NCBI GenBank assembly: GCA_050273025.1
Contig: CP158635.1
Location: forward strand, 372,001 to 436,000
Length of the DNA stretch: 64,000 nt
Direction: 5' to 3'
Source of the DNA: Cenococcum geophilum
Taxonomy: Eukaryota
Each line of letters begins with the position of its first letter. The stretch's first letter is position 1. Under the pieces are notes generated by a model that saw nothing but the letters and a program-made list of their open reading frames with translations, was not told where the DNA came from and made no database searches. The position numbers were made by a program, and so were the translations under genes. Below are positions 1 to 10,096 of this stretch, in pieces.

Positions 1-857
1 AGCCTTACTAACTAAACACCTATCTACTAAGCAGTAATTGTCCTCTACTTAGCCTATAAGTTTAACTACTTTAAATAGGAGTGGGCCAGTAAGGCTGTAT
101 GGTAATTATAATGTAAGAAAGATGTTACTGCGTTATATAAGCAGTATAAGGAGAAGTATACGCAGTTAAAGGATAAGGAGGATAATAAGCCGGTTACTCC
201 TAAGCGGCTTATATATAAGAAGCGTCGTAATTTAGATTTGTTATTATTAGGCGAAGAAGGCTTTAACTTTTATAGTATGCTTACTAGTGAATATAGAGCT
301 CGCAAGCGTTAAAGACTTAAATCTAAACTTAAGCGCTTTACTAAAGATACCCCCACTAAAGCTGAATAATATATTGTTAACCCGCTGGCTTATTAGTAAG
401 GTATTAAGCACGTCTATCCAATCCTCTATTGTATAGCAATGGACCTCTTTTCTATACTAGCGATAAGCTCTAAGTGCGAGCGTAAGTTTAGCTCTGCTAA
501 TAACGTAATTACTAATAACCGGAACCGCCTGGCTAATAAGACGATTAAGGCGCTGGAGCTTTAGAAGAGCTAGTTAAATAAAGGGCATTTAGAAAAGGAT
601 GAGGATAAATAAGGAGTATAGGGAGGACTTATTTTTGGAGTGTATATTTACTATATAAGGCAAAGCTCTGCTAAAAAAAATCTAGTACCCAGATTCTCTA
701 TCACGGACTACCCAATTGGGTAATTCTTGGCAATCAATCGCAATCATTTCAATCAATCAGCTAATTCTCATCAGTCGATCAATCGCAACCAGGATTTTGG
801 CCAATCAATCGCAACCGGGGGTCCCTGCCTGCGATTGATTGCCTGTCGAACACACTG
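1..857 (+). mobile_element. Right-hand part of a RIP-mutated hAT-superfamily DNA transposon (continues beyond window start)
   Basis: ~415-575 translates to YPILYCIAMDLFSILAISSKCERKFSSANNVITNNRNRLANKTIKALEL*KS*, resembling the hAT C-terminal dimerization domain; subterminal CAATCAATCGCAA repeats at 730-840; terminus ...CGAACACACTG (reverse complement CAGTGTGTTCG, hAT-like); many TAA/TAG stops. Confidence 0.8.
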
Positions 858-869
858 GCCTCAATCGCA

Positions 870-1796
870 CTACAGCTGCGCTAGATGCATACCGTGTGAG
901 TTACTACCCACAGAAGCGCTGGCAGCCTGAAGTTTTGAACATTCTTGCCATAGACGGATGACGGTATCCCAATACTTTTGTTCGTTCCCAATAACATGCG
1001 CGACATGCTTTGTACCCTCGAATTTAACCGTGTGCACCGGCCAATCCAATTTCTTCGCATCCCCTGCATGATGCTCCACGGCCTGCCAGTCCACAATGCT
1101 ATCCTCTCTCGAGTACAAGTAGCATCTTGGTATCTTTGGCATGAGGGCTGGGTCGTTGAGATCTCGCGCAATGACCTCGCCGACATTATCGATGCGAAAG
1201 ACATGTTGCAGAATCCAAACCCAAGACGTAGCCAAGTGGACCAAAACGGTGCCAACGCTACGCAACAGCACATTTCGCGGTAGGCCTTGAAGCAGTGCTG
1301 GCATAACCCGCCAATATTCCCCGCGCTCCGGCGCGCTGTCCAGTATCATGCCTGTGAGCGGCAGAGAGCCTCCTTGCTCCTTCTTCCACAGTCTGGCCAA
1401 TTGACAAGTCTGTTGAGCCCCGCCGTTGGAAAAGAGATGAAGCAGGATTTTGGGTTTCTCGGTTTTGGAAAGACACGCACGTATTGTGTCGGCCGCCGGT
1501 TTCAGCTGCCACTGTTGGAGGGGTGACGGACGGTAGAGAAGGTCTGCTAGCACACTCCTGATGAGGAGTATCCTCGCAGAAGGGAAGAGCTTCTGGTATG
1601 GGGAAATATACTTGTGGATGTGTCGTGGCTCGGAGTCCATCCACGGAGCTAAGATAATGAGGTTTGGTGCTTCGAGGGATTCCGGCGTCGTAGGCCTATG
1701 TGGAGGAGTATATAGGGATATCATCGGATTAAGTGGCATGAAGCCATCAAGCGGCTTGCCAGTTGCTCCGTCAGTAGGCTGACTTATTTTGCCCAT
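870..1796 (-). CDS. DUF829 (PaxU/TMEM53-like) alpha/beta-hydrolase-fold protein, ~308 aa, intronless
   Basis: ATG at 1796 (MGKISQP); motifs LIILAPWMDSEPRHIHKY, HLFSNGG (nucleophile elbow), ILDSAP, RCYLYSREDSIVDW, FEGTKHVAH; the ORF track's start at 1901 is a TTG. Confidence 0.85.
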   Translation of the reverse strand: MGKISQPTDGATGKPLDGFMPLNPMISLYTPPHRPTTPESLEAPNLIILAPWMDSEPRHIHKYISPYQKLFPSARILLIRSVLADLLYRPSPLQQWQLKPAADTIRACLSKTEKPKILLHLFSNGGAQQTCQLARLWKKEQGGSLPLTGMILDSAPERGEYWRVMPALLQGLPRNVLLRSVGTVLVHLATSWVWILQHVFRIDNVGEVIARDLNDPALMPKIPRCYLYSREDSIVDWQAVEHHAGDAKKLDWPVHTVKFEGTKHVAHVIGNEQKYWDTVIRLWQECSKLQAASASVGSNSHGMHLAQL

Positions 1797-2294
1797 ATTT
1801 GAAAAGACGAAAAGTGCGTTTGCACTCTGGAGAAAGTTCTTCAACGCAATAGCAACTAGGAAAGCCGAATGATGGAACTTTGTGAGCGAAAAATGCTTCA
1901 ATCAATACCTCCAAAAGGCCGTCTAGCTGCAATACCTCGAAGCGCGTCCTTCGGGTTTTTTGGTTAGCCCGACACCGTCAAAAGCGCCACGGTCTATCTA
2001 ATGTAGGTGTGTGGAAGCAATCCGCTAAAAATTGAATAAGGCTCAAGCAGATTCCCAGCTCGTAGCTCGGAAGCTCGGATCGCCATTGGCTCGAACTAAA
2101 TATGCTTAAAACCAAGTTCAAGGAACGTCCTTGTAGAGACCCACCCCTCCGCGCTGGGGGCCAACGCCGGCGTGGCGTCGGCTTGCGGCCGTGGATACAT
2201 GTCTTGGCTGTCAGCCCAAGCATCCTGCCACGTCCTCAGCGCATGCCCGGGCTGGCCGAACGATGAGCCCGAGAGAATGGAAGCGATGCTCTGG

Positions 2295-2325
2295 ACCGAG
2301 GCACCGAGGCACCGAGGCACCGAGG
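2295..2325. repeat. 8-bp tandem repeat (ACCGAGGC) x~4
   Basis: accgaggc accgaggc accgaggc accgagg read directly. Confidence 0.85.
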
Positions 2326-2341
2326 ATACACGCGTACCATA

Positions 2342-2484
2342 CATCCTCCTGTCAACTCCGGTGGTTAGCGCAGCCACGTCTGCACGGTCTTTTTGAAGGG
2401 GAAGTTTTGGTATTTCTGCTGTTTAAGGGAAAGAAAGGCCGTGCAGACGTGGCTGCGCTAACCACCGGAGTTGACAGGAGGGTG
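2342..2484. mobile_element. 143-bp MITE, Tc1/mariner-type (TA target)
   Basis: 46-bp inverted repeats 2342-2387 / 2439-2484 with one mismatch, flanked by TA at 2340-2341 and 2485-2486. Confidence 0.8.
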
Positions 2485-3493
2485 TAGATCTTGAAGGATC
2501 TGCCTGTTGCCTTGATTGACCCGCTGGCTGCCATGCGTCTGGCTAAATAGCTCCTAAGCAGCGTAGAGGTCTGAGCGCAAAGGTTCCGCAATTAAGCGAA
2601 CTAAGAACGGGCCAACGTTTATACCAGGCTACGAACCGCTCCCACGGTAGCCTCTCTCTGTTGAGACCAAGACGATAACACTGTTAATTTGCTGTAAGAG
2701 GTTAGACTACCGCTCAAGCAATTTACAAGGGCCAAGACGACCTGCATTAGCAACTACTCAAAAATTGATATGCTAACCTCGAAATATGCCAGATGTTTTA
2801 TATGCTGATCAGCAGCCTCCGGAACAGAAGATGATGCATCACTGCTCCTTCAGCTCAGTATGTCAGATCTTAGACCTGAACTTATGCCGGTTCAATATGT
2901 TTCACGCCTAGTCGGAGATACAGTGCCTAACTCCTAAGGTTTAATGTGCTGTAAGCTAAGCAATGCAGCAACGCTCCTTTGCATTTACCCAGATTTTGCC
3001 CAGATTTTGCCCAGATAAATCGCTACCTGGATCTCACTCCGTCGCTAATAGATCCAGATTTGTTTCAATTTCCGTACAGACCGTTCTTCGCATAAGCCAA
3101 GCATCATGACATTATAATATCTGTGCATGTGACCACTATTTCTTGATCGGCTAGTTTTATTGGCTACTAGAAAATGCACGACTCTTCGTAAACCTCTAGA
3201 GCTATAATAAAATAAGTGCTTTGACTTGAACTCAAGGGATAATGCAAGGTTCTGTGTTAATGTATGACACGAGCAGAATTTGTGGGTCGTTTGCCGTGGA
3301 GCTAGGATCAATACTTTGTGTCATTCATTCGTGCACAGAACGCCCACCCTATTCAGCCCCCTTGAGCTCTTCTTTCCTCACTACTCTAGCATACAGACTG
3401 TGAGTTCAACGAAATCAGCAAGCTGCGTACGTAGTAGAGCTACTGGATCCGACTGACACCCCATCAGCTCCTGTTTCCCATTGGCCTTTCAGA

Positions 3494-5635
3494 ATGCCGG
3501 ACAAAATGGACATTGAGAAACAGGTAAATTTCGAGGTGAAGACCCAGAATACATCCGAGGAAGATGTCCAGAAGCACGATGGCCCTGAAGAACATGCCCA
3601 AAACACATCTGAAGAAGATATCTCTGAGAAAGCTCCGCCAGGGAGCCAAAGAAGAAAAGGGTTCGAAGAAGACAATTTGAAGCAGGATGATGAGGAACAG
3701 CAAACTCAGAGTTTGCCTGAGGATGGCATACAGCCAGAAATTGCGGACTCGAGCGTCGTTAATGCTCCCATAACTGGCTGGCGTCTAAACGTCGTGCTCT
3801 TTGCGTAAGTGGACGCGTACTTCCCCCAAGCCTTACCATGAATGCATCATTAACGAGGCAGACTGGCGTTTGCGTTACTCCTATCATCTTTGGAGACAAC
3901 AATTGTCGCAACCACGCTCGTAACAATATCGTCGGCCTTAGGCCAATTCGACCAGGCATCCTGGGTCGTGCTTTCGTACCTTCTAACATACTCAGGCTTT
4001 CTGATAATTTTTGCCCGCCTTAGTGACTTCTTCGGGAGGAAAAACGCAATTCTTGCGGCTGTGGGATGCTTCGTCATCTTCTCCGCTGTCTGCGGAGCTG
4101 CTCAGTCGATGCAGATGCTGTATGTCCTATTTTCTCACAGTTGCGTATAGTTACTCACATTATCATTCTAGTATCATTGCCCGCGCGTTCCAAGGCGTTG
4201 GGGGCTCAGGTATTTACTCCATGGTTATGGTGGTTATCCCTGAGATTGTACCGCTTAGTAGGCTCGGGTTAGCGAGCGCAATCGTTGGCGGTGTGTACGG
4301 AGCTGCTAGCATTCTCGGTCCTCTTGTTGGTGGAGCTATTGTAGACGGCACGACTTGGAGATGGGTATTTCTTTTGAAGTAAGTCATCAACCCTACGAAA
4401 TGACCGAACAGAAATGAATTTAATTTGCGAATAAAGTGTGCCGTGTGGAGTTGCTGTTATCTTCCTTATTGTTTGGGTATATCCAGAACGCCCAGGTGGT
4501 CAAACATACTACAAGCGCGCACTCACAAGAGTGGATTGGCTGGGCCTAGTCTTCTCTCTTGTTGGTACAATCCTACTCGTATTCGGGCTGCAAGAGGGCG
4601 GGGTTCGATATGCATGGAAAAGTGCGACTATCATTACAACATTGGTCGTCTCTGGAGTCTGTTGGTTGGCTTTTTGTGCCTGGGAAGTGTGGCTATCCTC
4701 TGGATCTTCGCCTTTTTCAATAGTTCCACTGTTCCCGCTCACATTAATGAAAAACAGAGTTGTGGCGGCCGCGCTTGGGTAAATATATCATTTTTGTTAT
4801 GGGGAAGATTGTACTGATTTGGAGCGACAGGAACGCCTTCACAATTGGATTCCCTTACATGGTTGTCATTATTGGCTTACCACAGCGATTCCAAGTGGTC
4901 AACGGAGACACTCCAATACTGGCAGGCGTACACTCTCTTCCGATGCTGCTAGCCTCAGCTGTGGGCGCAGCCGCAGGAGGAGTAGCTATGTCAAAAAAGA
5001 ACGTTTGTTTTTATCTAGTTCTTCTCTCTGACGCTCTCCAGGCCGTTGGGACTGGTCTACTCTCATCGATCCCGACAAGTGCTCACGTCTTGCCCCGTAC
5101 CTACGGTTTCATGGTAGTGCAGGGTTCTGGTATGGGCATGAGTATTGCTGCTCTCATGTTTATCGCTAGAGTAGAACTTAAGCCTCAGCACCAAGGTCAG
5201 TACCCGCCTACCTCGGCTATAGCCCCAAAATCTCGAGTGACGAGAGCTGAGATTAACGTAATGCGACTAGCCGCAATTATTGGTGCACTTAACCAACTTC
5301 GCATTCTCGGAGCCGTTATAGGTCTCGCTGCCGCTACAACAGATTTCTCAAATTACGTGAGGCCGCGCCTTGAAGATATTCTTACACCTCAGCAGATCAG
5401 CCTATTGTCACAGACCACTACTTTCCTTACCAGATTTCCCCCAGCGGAAGTGGTCATAATTAAGGACGTTTATAACAAGGGCTACAATCAGCAAATGGTT
5501 ATTGTTATGGCATTCGCTATCTCAAGTGTTGTCATTGCTTTATTTGCTTTTCGGAGGAAGCCTCTCTCGTTGGAGCATGCAGGGCTTGGACAGGGAGAAA
5601 GAGTTGAGATAAGAGGGGATGAAGTGGTTTTGTAA
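3494..5635 (+). CDS. MFS drug/metabolite efflux transporter (DHA2-like), 6 exons, ~615 aa
   Basis: Exons 3494-3804, 3862-4119, 4172-4378, 4437-4778, 4831-5195, 5271-5635 with GT-AG introns join in frame (1848 nt); motifs LETTIVAT, ARLSDFFGRK, ARAFQGVGGSG, GPLVGGAI, WRWVFLLNVP, DWLG, LPQRFQVVNG. Confidence 0.92.
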
Positions 5636-5800
5636 GTAGAAACTAAACCTGCGAGCAGAACACAGTAAAAAACATAGGGCCCAAAGTTTGAGCATTGATT
5701 TCGTGTTATTATCTAGTACGGCGTAGATATTTTAGAGTAGTGTAGTGTATAAGAAATCTTTCAAATTTAAGATGCGTACTAGAGGAACCGTCTACGTATA

Positions 5801-6493
5801 CTACCTTTTGCGAAAGTGCTGCGAAAATAAGCGAGCCACCTGTACGTATATACTTGTAAAACCGCTTTATAAAAATGCTTCTATAATTACTAAAATAAGT
5901 CTTATTTTATAAAACTAGTAGATATAACTATAGAATAGATACTGCTTTATAATTTTAAATACGTAGAAGCTTAGTATATAACGTAGATATAGAATTTTAG
6001 GTGGTAGAGCGTTAGGCTAAGTATAACGTTTAAGTCGCGTTTTTCGTTGCTAAGGCTGCTAAGATATAACGCATTCCAAGTTTATCCGGCCTCTAAATAC
6101 TAACTACCCCTATAAGCTCTACTACTACGTTACCTACTAAGCTGCTACGTATCTAAAATTATAAAGCAGTATCTATTCTAGAGTTATATCTACTAGTTTT
6201 ATAAGATAAGACTTATTTTTAGTAATTATAGAAGCATTTTTACGAAGTGGTTTTATAAACAAGTATATACGTACAGGTGGCTCGCTTATTTTCGTAGCAC
6301 TTTTGCAAAAGGTAGCATTAGAATTTAATGGAGCTGCCATTTAGGAAGTCTCTTAGACATAGAAGGTAGATATAAGCGTTTCAGGCGTGGTATGCGTGGT
6401 AGGCATTCAATTTATACGGTAAGATCACCCGGATTCGATGTTGTGTGGGCGAGGCTCGCTATCGAATTTTCGCAGCACTTTCGAAAAAGGTAG
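5801..6493. mobile_element. Non-autonomous Tc1/mariner-like element with internal fold-back
   Basis: TA|CTACCTTTTGCGAAAGTGCTGCGAAAA at 5801 and inverse ...TTTTCGCAGCACTTTCGAAAAAGGTAG|TA ending 6493; 5801-5976 is also repeated inverted at 6135-6315. Confidence 0.75.
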
Positions 6494-6735
6494 TATCTCA
6501 TACTTGCTCTTGGCAAATTAAACATATCTTAAGTCACTAGCATCTTAAGGTGAGATTTGCCACAAAGGTATCTAGATCACTTCAAAATCTAATTCATATA
6601 CAGTCTGATTAGATTATCGCTCTATATAAACAGCTGAGATAATATATATTCCAACACTAGAAACATTGAACTAAAGGCACATGTGTAAGCCATTCTGCTT
6701 CATCTATTTAAGACTCTACCAAGTTGCCAACGGAT

Positions 6736-6895
6736 CAGTGATCTTTTTGGACTGGAGTGGAGTGGATTTGAGCTCAAATCTACTCTAGTCCAAATTACTT
6801 GCAGTTTAGCTCGTTCCTAAACAGGACTAACGCTTGCCTATCAAGGCTAGCAGTCCACTCCACTCCAACTTTAACCTAGTCCAAAAAGATCACTG
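6736..6895. mobile_element. 160-bp hAT-type MITE
   Basis: TIR CAGTGATCTTTTTGGACT / AGTCCAAAAAGATCACTG; perfect 8-bp TSD CAACGGAT (6728-6735, 6896-6903); internal GGAGTGGAGTGGA / TCCACTCCACTCC. Confidence 0.92.
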
Positions 6896-6927
6896 CAACG
6901 GATGTTAAGCTATGTAAAACAAGTCAA

Positions 6928-7929
6928 CTATACGTAATATGACCCTCTTTCTTTAGCCCATGCAATCATCTCCGTCATTTCATCAGTAACATAGTCATCC
7001 CTGGGAACTGTATGTCCCATCTCATGGTTCAAGACTCTCACGCCAGTTTTCTCATCGCCTAGCCCGATCAGTGCCAAGGCCTGGTCGATACCATAGTCCT
7101 TTCGCCCTCCATGAATGAATACCGTCGGAACTGGAAATCTTAATGGCGTTGTTGCTGGATGGAGCCAGAGCGCTTGCTCTTCGTCTAGAGTATATCTAGG
7201 AAAAGTAGCGTGCCCATAGTGGGCCAATAAGACTTTCATATGCTCAGGGACAAATGCTGCAATCTCTTTACACTCAAACTCTGAGTAGCGGCGATGGAGA
7301 GATTTGAGTTCAGAGCTCAGCAACCACGGCAGGGCGCCTGAAAGGAAGATTGCACATTTGACAGGCGGGTTGCTTTCTGCCGAGTGTTGCAGAATAAGGC
7401 TGGCAGCAAGTGCTGCTCCTTGAGAGAATCCTATCAGGCCATCAAAGGGTCCTTCATCCTCGATTACTCTGCGGACTTCCTCGCGAGTGGATTCGAGTTC
7501 GTCGGCTGTTGGGATCAACGGATACCAGGCCAGATATGGGCCAGGGAATACTCCTTCCACACCTACCAGGTGATTTTAGACGCCTTTATTCTCGAAGTGC
7601 AATGATGCAAACCGTAGTGGTAATAGCGAAATAGCTTACCTGGAGCAGGTTCGTATTCGTAGTCGCCATCTAGGAAGACAAAGGTACAGGATGGGCCAAG
7701 TCTCTCGCGAATTTGTGCTGTTTAAGCGTCAGGTAGAGCCCTTCGGGATTGAGGCAGTTGGTACGAAATGCAAATATACTTCTTTAATCAAATCATGCTT
7801 ACCTGTCTGTAGTTCAAATATCTGTAATTATCGTTAGCCATCTATTGCCCTCAAAGTTACAAAACAGCAGGTTGTAGAATCGCTGACCTTCGAGTTGGTA
7901 CCCAGCCCGTGCAAGCATAGAAACTTCAT
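6928..7929 (-). CDS. FSH1/LovG-like serine hydrolase (putative trans-acting polyketide thioesterase), 4 exons, ~257 aa
   Basis: Exons 7929-7888, 7821-7803, 7717-7640, 7562-6928 (774 nt): MKFLCLHGLGTNSK-IFELQT-AQIRERLG..FVFLDG..EGPFDGLIGFSQGAALA..PTVFIHGGRKD..HEMGHTVP; Ser-Asp-His triad apparent. Confidence 0.92.
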
Positions 7930-10096
7930 TTTTGCAGGTTCTCTCGAAAAGCTGTGAATGTATTGAATGAGATCAATTCTGAGGGGTAAAAGTCCAAGGC
8001 CGTGCAACCATTCAAATCCACAACACGATGGCCTAGCTGTATTTACTTTGGTATCCGGCTGCTTGGAGCCCGGGACAAGATCTCACCGCTACACTGGCTC
8101 AGAGCCCTAGGCAACGTGTCTGCGTAATCGGGCCGGAGAGAACCAGATTTCGAGCAATTACTAACGATACAAAAATAATCCGTGAGTAGGCAGGGTAATT
8201 AGGCAGGTGTTTACCAACTGCAAGATTCCTTCGGCCGTTCGACGTGATGCAAAAGTGATTGACCGATCGAACATGCAGTGGCCATGACTCTATTAGTGTC
8301 TAATAAAAGCTCATTTCTGGATTTCATCTGGATTTTAGCTTCGGCGCATGACTACTCAAAACAGTCCGGGGAAAGAGAGCAGATAGCGCTGATCTTCAGG
8401 GTGGTAGGATTTGACGCATACTATCTCGCACTGTCGCAGCAGGAATTTGAGAGCGCTACGAGAAACCGTGCCACTCTCTTGATAGTGATCCGAGCGTCCT
8501 GCCGCCTGCTGCATGCAGGCCCTAGTTCCGTGGGGGCCGCGTAGAAAACAGGCATGTAATCCTTCTGGAACATCAGCCTTGTACCACAATGTTGGTCGGA
8601 TCGATATTAGCTTAGAATTATGCCCACTCTGGCCAGAATTTCGCTAAAATTAACGAACTTCGATAAACGCCCAGAAATGCTGAGCTTTGCCTAGATAGCT
8701 CACCAACGGAGCTGCATTTCAGCTTGTAGCTGACGCAATTTTGCTTCCTCTGGATGAATATCCACCCATGCTCGTCAGACCTGAAACTTTCATTGGTGGA
8801 ACTTTAGGAAAGGTCATACGGGATCCTATCTATGCTAGGGATAACCCTAAACATAAAGTTCCTGCATACATAATTCTTACGGAAACAGGAGAGAGTACGG
8901 CACCATGAAAACTCGGTAGTTGGGATTGCCATTTCATCTGCCGTGTGTATTTGAAACCTAGTGTCCGGAAACATGGGCGGAACCGCTCGTTCGTGCAGAC
9001 GTAGCCCTCCGTCCATACTGGGATAAACCCTGCGCAACACGCTAGTCTTGTTGCGTGTCAATGCAGTAGGACCCATCGTCGTGAGCACAGACATATCTGT
9101 GCATCTGTCCGAGATGGCGTTCTGACTCCCATACTTATTTCCAATAAAGCCAGTGCTGAAGGATTCATCGGGCTATGTTGTAAATACCTTCATCTTTGAC
9201 ACCAAGATCTTCAGCTAGCTTATGCTTATTCTGCCTAATCGTCAGTGTCGAAAGATTAATCAACTCGGTTGCAAATACAGCTGTGTGGCTAGCTAAGGCT
9301 CGTTTTGATCAATGTGGAAATACCAAGCCCTGTATAGGCCTTCAGCTTCTCCATCGTGGGTCTCCGAAGGATCACGTTAAGATCCGGTATCGGACAGAAC
9401 CATTAGCTGCATCGTTAATCCACAGCTTAGACGGAAGTCCCCTTTTATCCAAAAGCTAACATTTAGGATCGAGATGCTTAAGAGGGTGATGGTTGCGGCT
9501 CCCGCATATGGAAAGTGCTGACAACGGCAGCCGCAGCTACTCGGCGCGTAGGACAAGGTATTCGAGAACCACCTTGTATAACCCTGGTTCTCCCTTGCAT
9601 ACGGAGCCGTAAAAGCACATGAAACATCATCCAACCATTTCCTACTAATATTCTTAAGCGATGGCTGTCCAAGCCACCTGATAGAGTCTCCCTTCCTATT
9701 CAGCAATAGTATAATCGGGGAACATAATCTGAGTGTAGCTTTTCAGCCCACATAAGCCTTTCGCCTTTTCTAGGTATCGAATGTTGAGTTGAACTTGAGA
9801 ATAAACTTGCATGGTGTTCGGCCTTGGTGCACAAATGAAGGCTAGCAACATCAGCAATCGCTAAATTCTGGTTGACGATGAATGCATGAGTTGGTTCTCG
9901 GATTTCCGACTGGACAATTGATCGAATCCTCCCGAGCTGGTGCCCCTGAATGTAGAATTTGGTCTCCCCGATAGCATAAGAAGGCTCGACTCCCCAAAGC
10001 ATATGTCAGAAGCAACCATCATTCAGGCACTTCCTTCAACACTCTCAGAGTATCTTCAACGAGAACAATCGATTCATCCATCTTTTTTCGGGCAGA
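7930..10096. promoter_or_regulatory. Divergent intergenic region shared by the hydrolase and PKS genes
   Basis: Head-to-head ATGs at 7929 (-) and 10097 (+); no recognisable gene between; specific binding sites not identified. Confidence 0.55.

Noticed and set aside
1797..1901. N-terminal extension of the DUF829 ORF resembling a signal peptide
   Set aside because: It depends on a TTG start; the first ATG is at 1796
2988..3016. CCCAGATTTTG triple repeat as a regulatory site
   Set aside because: Not clearly repeated in the other divergent promoter; likely simple slippage
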